Source: Chloroflexota bacterium (GTDB taxonomy: Bacteria > Chloroflexota > UBA11872 > VXOZ01). Taken from it: a DNA stretch of 64,000 bases. The position numbers and the translations under genes are program-made. Where the stretch lies: positions 1,312,001 through 1,376,000 of the forward strand of contig OZ244922.1 in assembly GCA_965221905.1 (NCBI GenBank). The letters are read 5' to 3'. A model generated the notes under the pieces. That model made no database searches, was not told the origin of the DNA, and saw only the letters and a list, made by a program, of their open reading frames with translations. This document shows positions 40,626-48,895 of the stretch, one piece after another (positions within the stretch are counted from its first letter, which is position 1; the number at the start of each line of letters is the position of its first letter).

Positions 40626-41051
40626 GGGTATTCCTCCCAATAAGCATAAAGTGTTTCAAGGTTAACCAATGGCGATTATATATCATTGGCCCGCACTGGG
40701 AATTCACGGTAGTGGCGGGGGGCTCTTGTCGGCCCGACGACCGGCAACAAGGGTATTCTTGATTTGCAAAGGGAAGTAGCGCGGGTCTTGTGCCCCGTAG
40801 CGACTGGTACGTTGAGGCCCAGTCAGTTCAGTCCGGCAGCCGGCCGTACCTTCTCGACTCTTGCTAAAGCGTGGAAACACAGAAACAGACGTTGCTGGAG
40901 TAGACGTGCAGTTGTAATATAAACTTGTGAAGATAGTATGTTCAACATGGTTAAGTGAAAGACCAGTCCTGCGTCGATAGCAGTTTGTCAATCTAAACCT
41001 TGGATGGTACGATTGTTGGTGAATACTGTTAAGAGTTGAGATGGGTCTTCC

Positions 41052-41966
41052 GTGTCGGCAATTGAAGTAGAAAACCTGCATAAGTCATACGGCGACCTCA
41101 AGGCCGTAGACGGCCTCAGTCTTGACGTCGAGGAGGGCGAGGTCTTTGGCTTGCTGGGCCCAAATGGCGCCGGCAAGACCACGACTGTAGAGATTCTCAT
41201 TGGTCTGCGCCAGCGGGATAGCGGCGACGTGCGCGTGATGGGGTTCGATCCGGCGCAAGAGGGCGATGCGGTCAAGGCGCAGATTGGCGTGCAGCTTCAG
41301 CAAACGCAACTCTACCCGCTGCTCAGCGTCGAAGAGATGCTGCGACTCTTTGCCAGCTTCTACAGCAACAGTGTGTCGATTGACGATCTCCTTGAGTTGG
41401 TGGGGTTGCACGAGCGCCGCAAGGCAAAGTACCAGCACCTCTCCGGCGGCCAGAAGCAGCGGCTTTCCTTAGCGCTGACGCTCATAAACGATCCTGAGCT
41501 GGTGTTCTTGGATGAGCCCACCACCGGTCTCGATCCCCAAGCCCGCCGCGCACTTTGGGAAATTGTTGAGCAAATGCGGCAGCAAGGTAAGACCGTACTG
41601 CTCACTACGCACTACATGGAAGAAGCGGAAGTCCTCTGCCGGCGTGTGGCTATCATCGATCACGGCAAGATTCTTGCCCTTGGGGCGCCCCGCGATCTGA
41701 TAGAAGAATTCGTACCGGAAAGGGCAATCGAGGTGACGATCTCATCTAACGAAGAGAAAGGCCGGCTGGAAGAACTGCCCGCGGTCTCGCACGTAGAGAT
41801 CAAGGATGGGATTGCTGCCATTCATTCCACAAACATTCGCGAATCCATGACGGCCATCCTACAGGGGTCGGGCGATCTCGCCGTGAGTTTGGATGACTTG
41901 CGAATTCAACGAGGCACATTGGAAGACGTGTTTCTCCATCTCACGGGAAGGACTATTCGCGAGTGA
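41052..41966 (+). CDS. ABC transporter ATP-binding protein
   Basis: GPNGAGKTT, LSGGQKQR, LDEPTTGLD, TTHYMEEAE. Confidence 0.93.
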   Translation: MSAIEVENLHKSYGDLKAVDGLSLDVEEGEVFGLLGPNGAGKTTTVEILIGLRQRDSGDVRVMGFDPAQEGDAVKAQIGVQLQQTQLYPLLSVEEMLRLFASFYSNSVSIDDLLELVGLHERRKAKYQHLSGGQKQRLSLALTLINDPELVFLDEPTTGLDPQARRALWEIVEQMRQQGKTVLLTTHYMEEAEVLCRRVAIIDHGKILALGAPRDLIEEFVPERAIEVTISSNEEKGRLEELPAVSHVEIKDGIAAIHSTNIRESMTAILQGSGDLAVSLDDLRIQRGTLEDVFLHLTGRTIRE

Positions 41967-43045
41967 AGGCGCTGTGGACACTCACCTACTACACGGGCGT
42001 GCAGTTCGCGCGCGACAAGGTAGCGCTCTTTTGGACGCTGGCCTTCCCGGTGGTGTTGATGGTCATCATCGGCTCTGTATTTGGAGAATCCGGTAGCGTG
42101 TCGATGCCGGTTGGCCTGGTGATTTTGGATGAGGGCCCGGCCGGTCAGACGGTAGCGCAGGCGCTCGCAGGGATAGCGCTCTTCGAGGTAACTACCGGCT
42201 CTGAGGAAGACGAGCTAACGGCACTTAGCAAAGGCGACCGACGGGCCGTGGTGGTTATCCCGGAGGACCTTTCTGCCGCGTGGCAGAGGCGTGAGCTGGC
42301 GACTATCCAGGTTCATCTCGATGTAAGCCAGCAACAGTCTGCGGGGACGGCGTTGAGCATCGTGCAACAGGTGGTGGAAGGCGTGCAGCGCGAGTTTACG
42401 CAGCAGCCCAGTTTGGTGGCAATCGAAACCCGCTCGGTACAAGCGGAGCGATTTCGTCCCATTGACTACATTGCACCGGGGATACTGGCGCTCTCGATCG
42501 CGCAGCTCGGTCTCTTTGGCGCAACAACCCTGGTGGAGCAACGGCAGCAACGGCTCCTACGGCGTCTGCAAGCCACCCCTGTATCCCGCTGGATGGTGCT
42601 CATAAGCATGATAATCGTGCGGCTCGTGACCGCGTTTGTGCAGACCGGCATTCTGCTTGGCGTCGCATTAGCGCTCTTCCGCATCCAAGTGGTGGGGTCT
42701 TGGCCTGCGATCATTGGCATTGTCATCTTTGGCACCCTGGTCTTCATTGCGCTCGGCTTTTTGTTGGGTGCGCTGGCGCCCAGTGCGGAAGCGCTGATCG
42801 CCATCGTGCAGATGGTGAACTTTCCCATGATGTTTCTTTCAGGCGCGTTGTTTCCCCTTGACTTCCTGCCGGAGTTCCTGCACCCCATCGCCGTGGTGCT
42901 TCCGCTCACCTATCTAGCCGACATTCTGCGCCAGATCATGGTGGACGCGACTCCCTATGCGTCGATAGTGCAGGGCGCTGGAATTCTGCTGCTATTCATG
43001 ATTGCGTCCGCACTGCTCGCCTGGCGCTTCTTCCGCTGGGAATAG
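41963..43045 (+). CDS. ABC-2 transporter permease
   Basis: FWTLAFP, PGIL, FPMMFLSG..FP, LPLTY, FFRWE; 4 bp overlap with the ATPase. Confidence 0.9.
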   Translation: MKALWTLTYYTGVQFARDKVALFWTLAFPVVLMVIIGSVFGESGSVSMPVGLVILDEGPAGQTVAQALAGIALFEVTTGSEEDELTALSKGDRRAVVVIPEDLSAAWQRRELATIQVHLDVSQQQSAGTALSIVQQVVEGVQREFTQQPSLVAIETRSVQAERFRPIDYIAPGILALSIAQLGLFGATTLVEQRQQRLLRRLQATPVSRWMVLISMIIVRLVTAFVQTGILLGVALALFRIQVVGSWPAIIGIVIFGTLVFIALGFLLGALAPSAEALIAIVQMVNFPMMFLSGALFPLDFLPEFLHPIAVVLPLTYLADILRQIMVDATPYASIVQGAGILLLFMIASALLAWRFFRWE

Positions 43046-43233
43046 TACGATCGCAGCCATTTGTCCGCTCCGGCGGGTTGGCTTCGCTCCCTTCCCTGAC
43101 GTGATTGGGGCACATTCGCTTGAGAGCGGGAGAGACGTTGCTGACCGGGCGAATCGCAGTGTGCAGGTGCAAAATCTATGCGACTTGGAACGGACGGAAG
43201 GGATAGAAGTCTGGGCGAGTGTGGGATCTGAGG

Positions 43234-43306
43234 AGCGGGAGACGGGACTCGAACCCGCGACATCCAGCTTGGAAGGCTAGCGCTCTACCAACTGAGCTAC
43301 TCCCGC
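43234..43306 (-). tRNA. tRNA-Gly(TCC), copy 1
   Basis: GCGGGAGTAGCTCAGTTGGTAGAGC...CTTCCAA...GGTTCGAGTCC...CTCCCGCT cloverleaf; CCA not encoded. Confidence 0.96.
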
Positions 43307-43326
43307 AGCAAGCTCTGCTAAATTCA

Positions 43327-43354
43327 ATTATAGCCCAGTAAAGGGTGAGGCGAA
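43327..43354 (-). promoter_or_regulatory. Promoter of tRNA-Gly copy 1 (duplicated upstream of copy 2)
   Basis: Minus strand TTCGCC-N16-TATAAT about 20 nt upstream of the tRNA. Confidence 0.6.
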
Positions 43355-43775
43355 ATGGCAGCCCGCTGCGAGCGGCTGGGGTAGTCGACATGGCCCCTGT
43401 GGTGCTCTGGTTGCCTCATCTCCTGCCTATTTCCGTTTCTCAGCCACCTAGCTGTCACGGATTCATGCGTATGCAGATCATGCGCAGACCACCCCTGTCT
43501 ACCAAGCATCCCGCCGGAGGAGACTTTTGCAACAGGCTCGCCGATTCTGGGTACCTTTGACAGCATGCCCTTTCTATATGCTGTCAAGTCACTTCTCCTA
43601 CTGGAGCGTATCGGCTGCCTGCGCCGCGTGTATGGGTGAACAGCGAGGATGAGCGCAAGGGAACGCAAGGCCCTCGGGGATGAGGGAGAAGTTATCATGC
43701 CTTAGCACAGGAGCGAGAGCCTGCGAGGGGTGAAAAGAGCATGGCTGGCGTGGTTGAAAGCTGGTGGCAAGTTCC

Positions 43776-43803
43776 TTGACATTGCGGGGGGTAGTGCTAT
43801 ACT
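43776..43803 (+). promoter_or_regulatory. sigma70 promoter of the solute-binding protein gene
   Basis: TTGACA-N16-TATACT with extended TG. Confidence 0.65.
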
Positions 43804-43890
43804 CTCAGCAGTGGCGAGGAAGGGATACTTTGTATCTCGAACTCGTTCATATGGGAAATGTCGGGTAGAAGACTGATGGAGGTCAGAACC

Positions 43891-45270
43891 ATGGCAGCGA
43901 GCTTCAGTACGATTACGCGACGACAGGTGCTTGCAGCAACGGTAGGAGCGGCGAGCGCCTTGACACTGGCAGCGTGCGGCGCAGTACCTGCAGCACCGCC
44001 CGCCGAGGCTCCGAAAACTGAGGAGAAGCCAGCGCCGAAGGCAGCGGCGCCCCCGGAGACTGGGGTGAGGGAAATCACCATCTCTAACTATCACAGCCCG
44101 GAAGATGCGCGCTGGAAAGCCCTCTCGGAGACATATCGAATCGGCGAGGAGGCGCTGGGGATCAAGATCAACACTACGCCGGAATACCGTGAGGTGAACA
44201 CGAAGCGCGCCACCGAGTGGGCGGCGGGAACCGCCACCGTTGACATCACGTACAACCAGCTCAACTGGTTTCTCCCCTGGGGCCTCAGCGGCATGCTTGT
44301 GGACCTCAACCCGTATTTCTCTAAAGGTCCACGCAAGAAGGCAGATTACTTTACCACAGATTTGGAATCATGGGGTTGGGGAGGCAAGTTGTACGCGCTG
44401 ACGTTCCAATTCGGCGGTGAGTGCTTCATGTTCAACCGGCAACTCTTCGACAAGGCTGGACTCAATTACCCCACCAAAGACTGGACCTACGATGACCTGC
44501 TGGAAATGGGTCGCAAACTGACCAATCCGGATGAGAAGCGCTGGGCTGTGCGGGTGGCGCAGAACCACATCTTCTACATGCATGGCACCTATGTCCTCAA
44601 TTTCGGTGGGCCACTCCTGGATGAGAAAAAGGAAAAAGCCCTATTCGGCGAAGATCCGGGCGCCATTGCAGGTACCCAGTACAATGTTGACCTGCACCTC
44701 AAGCATCAGTTCACACCGCCCGCTGAGCTGCGGGAGCAACTCCCGCAGGGTCAGAGTTACCTGGAGGCAGGGTTTGTGGCCATGGAGGACAACGGCATCT
44801 TTCGCCACAACACGATCCGGAAGTTTCTGGGAGAGAGCCTGGACTTTGCGCCACCGCCAAAGGGCGTCAACCAGCGGGCAGCCGTGCTCGGTAATGCGTA
44901 TTCCATTTTGTCACTGTCCAAGGTCCAAGACCTGGCCTGGGACTTCCTGATGTGGCTACACTCTGAACAGGGATTCCTGGAAACGCCGCAGTTCGGCGCC
45001 ATCGCGTGGCCGCCGGTGATCACATATGCCAGGCATCCCAAGTGGTTGGAGCCGTTCAAGGGCACCCAGGTGCTCGACGCGGTAGATGTTTGGGAAAGCG
45101 GCGGCCATACGTCCGGCGTGCTGCCTGAGCGTGGCGAGGTACTCAAGGTCGCGAGAGCGGAAATGGGACGTATGATCAAGGGCGAGACCACGGTGCCGGA
45201 AGGGCTGCGGACCATGGGAGACCAAATGAACTCGATCCTCGCGCAGCGCCCCCCTGAGTGGCGACAGTAG
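43891..45270 (+). CDS. Extracellular solute-binding protein (family 1), Tat lipoprotein
   Basis: TRRQVL..LAAC signal/lipobox, FNRQLFDKAGL.YP..DWT.DD, AWDFL.WL. Confidence 0.88.
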   Translation: MAASFSTITRRQVLAATVGAASALTLAACGAVPAAPPAEAPKTEEKPAPKAAAPPETGVREITISNYHSPEDARWKALSETYRIGEEALGIKINTTPEYREVNTKRATEWAAGTATVDITYNQLNWFLPWGLSGMLVDLNPYFSKGPRKKADYFTTDLESWGWGGKLYALTFQFGGECFMFNRQLFDKAGLNYPTKDWTYDDLLEMGRKLTNPDEKRWAVRVAQNHIFYMHGTYVLNFGGPLLDEKKEKALFGEDPGAIAGTQYNVDLHLKHQFTPPAELREQLPQGQSYLEAGFVAMEDNGIFRHNTIRKFLGESLDFAPPPKGVNQRAAVLGNAYSILSLSKVQDLAWDFLMWLHSEQGFLETPQFGAIAWPPVITYARHPKWLEPFKGTQVLDAVDVWESGGHTSGVLPERGEVLKVARAEMGRMIKGETTVPEGLRTMGDQMNSILAQRPPEWRQ

Positions 45271-45380
45271 ATCACTTGGAGGAGACGGTGCTCGGTTGCG
45301 GTTCGTTCCCAATCTAGCATGGACATGAGTCATCACGAATAGAATGAGTCGAACAGTTGCACATCACAGAGGAGTGTGTG

Positions 45381-46058
45381 ATGGCGAAGGTAGTTAGTAC
45401 AGAGGCGCTTGCGCTTGAGGGCGGCCCGTAGTCTGTGACTGCGCCGATGAATGATCGTTGGGAGAAAGTGAGCGCGCTGGAAAAACAGTATGTGAATGCT
45501 GTTCTCGACAACTACGGCAGCGCCTACGATGAGATCGAGAAGTTTGAGGCACAGTTCCGGGAATTCGTCGGCACGCGCTATGCCCTCGCCCATTGCAATG
45601 GCACTTCCACCATCCACGCGGCGGTTTTTGCCTCTGGTGCCCGCCGGGGGAAAGAGGTCATCGTGCCGTCGGTTACCTGGCACGCCAGTATCACGCCTAT
45701 TCTGCACTGCAATGCCGCGCCAGTGTTCTGTGACATTGATCTGGAGACATTCTGCGCAGATCCAGAAGATGTGCGACGCAAAATCATGCCGAACACATGT
45801 GCCGTCATCGTTACTCATGTATAAGGGAATCCGGCTGACATGGATGTCTTCCGCGAGATTGTGGAAGGAACAGACATTCTTCTGATTGAAGATGCATCTC
45901 ATGCCCACGGAGCACTGTGGGAGGGGAAGCCGGTCGGTTCGCTCGGAGACATCGGAAGCTCTAGTATGCAGGGCGGTAAGGCGGTCACTGGCATTTAGGC
46001 TGGCGTTGCCACAACAAACGATGCCGATCTCTATGACCGGATGCTGGCCCGCGGGGAC
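45381..46058 (+). pseudogene. DegT/DnrJ/EryC1/StrS aminotransferase pseudogene
   Basis: LALEGGP, FEAQF..F.G..YA...CNGT, PVFCDID, IEDASHAHGA, SMQGGK; in-frame stops TAG 45429, TAA 45822, TAG 45996; C-terminal half missing. Confidence 0.88.
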
Positions 46059-46166
46059 GAGCCAGAGATCTCCCTGTTTGTCTGTATTTTTGTGGACCGT
46101 CGCATCGCAACGAGACAACGCAAAAAAGCGAGGGCCAAGCCACAAAGAAGAGCGAGCAACGGAGGG

Positions 46167-46239
46167 AGCGGGAGACGGGACTCGAACCCGCGACATCCAG
46201 CTTGGAAGGCTAGCGCTCTGCCAACTGAGCTACTCCCGC
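46167..46239 (-). tRNA. tRNA-Gly(TCC), copy 2
   Basis: Identical to copy 1 except one D-loop substitution (TTGGCA vs TTGGTA). Confidence 0.96.
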
Positions 46240-46416
46240 AACAAGCTCTGCTTACGTCAATTATAGACCAGTAAAGGGTGAGGCGAAATGGCAGCCCGCC
46301 GCGACGCGGCGCGTCTTTCGCGAGACCTCAACCGATCAGTGCTCATGCCATCACTTTCCCGCCAAAGGGGCTTGCGGCAGTGGTACGTGCGGTCGGATGC
46401 GGTATAATCAATTGCA

Positions 46417-46779
46417 ATGAAACGGCAATTGACTGGACAGCATGGTTTTGGCAAGTACGTGCTGCAGCTTCTCACGGAACGCCCGCGGGAACTCATCGAG
46501 CCGTCGATAGACGAAAGCCCGGTGCCGGGGTGGGTGCTGATTTGGATGCTGATTCTCATTAAGCTCTTCATCGGCGGGGCAATTCTCTTCTTCTTCAGCG
46601 CCGAGGATTCGCTCGTCTTCGTCATCGGCACGCATTGGATGGCGCCGGCGGCGATTGTGGTACTGCTCATGCCCTTGGCACTCTTTTGGGGACGGCTCTG
46701 GCGGGTTCGCTTGCGGCGAGCAGAGCTCCAGCGTGCAGAGTGGGAGCTTGAGAAGCCCCGTAAGCGGATAGAGCGGTAA
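46417..46779 (+). CDS. Hypothetical membrane protein
   Basis: Two TM segments then RLWRVR.RR..L.RAEW; TATAAT just upstream. Confidence 0.65.
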   Translation: MKRQLTGQHGFGKYVLQLLTERPRELIEPSIDESPVPGWVLIWMLILIKLFIGGAILFFFSAEDSLVFVIGTHWMAPAAIVVLLMPLALFWGRLWRVRLRRAELQRAEWELEKPRKRIER

Positions 46780-46867
46780 TCGTGCCCGGTTGGAGGCCCT
46801 TCTTTCCTTAAGGAATCCGCTTCCACACCGCAAAGCGCCCTAGCTGCAAGAAGCGTCCGTTAGGTAC

Positions 46868-46896
46868 TTGACTTTTGTGTTAACATAGACTATCCT
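46868..46896 (+). promoter_or_regulatory. sigma70 promoter with internal palindrome TGTTAACA
   Basis: TTGACT-N17-TATCCT upstream of the solute-binding protein gene. Confidence 0.55.
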
Positions 46897-47028
46897 TGCA
46901 CGGTTAGGATGGGAGGATTCTCATCCGGGGTTGTTTGTGTAGAATGACCTAAGCGAATGGATAGTTCCTCTGTTTTCAGGTGCAAGAAACCAACAGAGGG
47001 AGCGAATGCCACACATAGGAGGCTGAGT

Positions 47029-48381
47029 ATGCGAAAAGGTTTGTCACGTCGAACGTTTCTCGGGGGAAGTGCGCTGGCCGGCGCAGGGCTGCTATTGGCA
47101 GCTTGCGGCCAAGCGCAGATGATGACGGAGGATGCTCCGGCCAAGGAAGAGATGGCCGAGGAGCCCAAGGCTGCAGAGACAACAGAGGCGCCTGAAGCCG
47201 CAGTGGTTAACTACCTGCACGTGGACCTGGCTCAGAACGAGATTTGGCAGAACTCCTGGGGTAGCATCTTTGATACCTTCGCGGACAAGAATCCGGACCT
47301 GAATCTCACCGTAACCGGTACGAGCTTCGGCGAATTGCCGGCTAAGGCCGGCGCGGCCCAGGCGGGCGGAATTGCCTTTGATGCCGTTTACGGCTACTTT
47401 GCCTGGTTGGGCCCGTTCATCGGCTCCGAAATCATCACGAACCTCGACCCCTATCTGGCCGCGGATGCCGACGTTTCTCCCGATGACTTCTATGATGCCA
47501 CGACAGAGAGGTACCAGGGCAAGATATACGGCTTGGCGTGGTTCAGCAACGGCAAAGAGATTTGGTTCAACAAGAATCTCTTCACCGAGGCGGGCCTGAA
47601 GAACCCAGCCGAGAAGGAAGCCGATGGCGAGTGGACCTATGAAGCGCTCTTGGAGGACGCCAAGGTGCTGACCAAGATGGAAGGCGATGAGATCGTGCAG
47701 GGCGGCGTGCGACTCTACGCCGGTTACACGTCCTACCTTTGCATGTATGCCTGGGCGTACGGCGCCGATTTCTGGGATGCGGGCTGCACAATGCCCACCT
47801 TCACGACCGACTCCTTCCGCGACGCAGTGCAGTTCCACGTGGACGTGGCGCTGAAACACAAGGTGATGGGCGGCTCATACACTGAGGGCACGCAAGCCAT
47901 GTTCAACAGCGGCTCCTTCAACGTCCGCACCTTCGAGGCCAAGATCACGCCGAACAATCTCTTTGAGATTGGCATGGCGCCGATGCCGAACGGTCCTGCC
48001 GGACGTGAGATCGCTTTGGCAAACAACGCCATGTATCTCGGCGGCTCCGGTGTGAACCCCGACGGTGGTTGGGAGTTCCTGAAGCATACGTTCAGCGCCG
48101 ACGTGGTTGATGCCGTTGCCGCCATGGGTGGCGGTCGCTATGTTGCCAACAAGAATATCACGCCGGCAACAACCACCGACTATGAGGATGTCAACGTCTA
48201 TCTCATGCAGGCTGCCAATAGCCGCATTACCCCCACGATATTCAAGCAGACCGAGTTCAACGCCGGTTGGCGGGAGACGTGGGACGAGATGGTTGCGGGC
48301 ACTCTGACGGTGCCCGAGGGACTGGAGCGCACGCAGGGTCAGTTGGAGAACTGGCTGGCCGATGGCGGCTGCATCCAGTAG
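47029..48381 (+). CDS. Extracellular solute-binding protein (family 1), Tat lipoprotein
   Basis: SRRTFL..LAAC, WFNKNLF.EAGL..P......WT, AP.P.GP.G, GWEFLK; AGGAGG RBS. Confidence 0.9.
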   Translation: MRKGLSRRTFLGGSALAGAGLLLAACGQAQMMTEDAPAKEEMAEEPKAAETTEAPEAAVVNYLHVDLAQNEIWQNSWGSIFDTFADKNPDLNLTVTGTSFGELPAKAGAAQAGGIAFDAVYGYFAWLGPFIGSEIITNLDPYLAADADVSPDDFYDATTERYQGKIYGLAWFSNGKEIWFNKNLFTEAGLKNPAEKEADGEWTYEALLEDAKVLTKMEGDEIVQGGVRLYAGYTSYLCMYAWAYGADFWDAGCTMPTFTTDSFRDAVQFHVDVALKHKVMGGSYTEGTQAMFNSGSFNVRTFEAKITPNNLFEIGMAPMPNGPAGREIALANNAMYLGGSGVNPDGGWEFLKHTFSADVVDAVAAMGGGRYVANKNITPATTTDYEDVNVYLMQAANSRITPTIFKQTEFNAGWRETWDEMVAGTLTVPEGLERTQGQLENWLADGGCIQ

Positions 48382-48402
48382 TTGCTAGTATTCTAGTACA
48401 TA

Positions 48403-48446
48403 AGAAGAGGAGTACCCATTCAGGGTACTCCTCTTCTGTTTTCTTC
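48403..48446 (+). terminator. Intrinsic terminator
   Basis: agaagaggagtaccc-attca-gggtactcctcttct followed by gttttctt. Confidence 0.8.
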
Positions 48447-48514
48447 AAGGGCAACTTGCCTTCTACTCGGAATTAGTAGACCTAGGCTGGAAGCCTTTAC
48501 GAGGCAGCGGTTCT

Positions 48515-48631
48515 TGTCATTCCGAGCGCAGCGGCGAACCAGAGTTCGAGGAATCTAGAAAGCTCCCGACTCTAGATACTTCGTCGCGGAGTCTATTCTG
48601 AGCCTGCCAAAGGGCTCCTCAGAGAATGACA
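48515..48631. repeat. TGTCATTCC...GAATGACA long palindromic element
   Basis: tgtcattccgagcgcag...gaggaatctag...tagatacttcg...gaatgaca; homolog at 59865-59970. Confidence 0.75.
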
Positions 48632-48895
48632 GTTTGAGGGTCTGGCTTAGGCCTAGGTACGGCCACGTGACTTGCATGTGACCCATCTAAGCCCAAAGCT
48701 ACTAATTCCGCTTCTACTTAGTCTTGCATTGCCCATGCTGCGAAGCTTCGGTACTGCCAGGTGGGCCTGAGTCGACAATGGCGTAGCGAACTTACTCTCT
48801 GCCATCGGACTGCTTGCGGCACTTCCGGGAAAGCGTCCAGACCCCAAGCTGCCCATGAGTCTGTGCGCTAGCACGTGTGGCCGGATTGTGTCTAT

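Noticed and set aside
40767-40856. yybP-ykoY, SRP, 6S or ykkC RNA assignment
   Set aside because: Key motifs are missing (GAGTA...CAAGACC, TCAGG..GGAAG..AGCAG, CTAGGGTTCCG); kept only as an unassigned candidate
43340-43365. M-box riboswitch suggested by GGTGAGGC
   Set aside because: It is the reverse complement of the tRNA promoter spacer and -35 region, and the remaining M-box motifs are absent
45429-45998. Stop-codon reassignment or readthrough in the DegT gene
   Set aside because: Mixed TAG and TAA stops at positions of different residues, the gene is also truncated, and other genes in the window terminate normally at TAG and TAA
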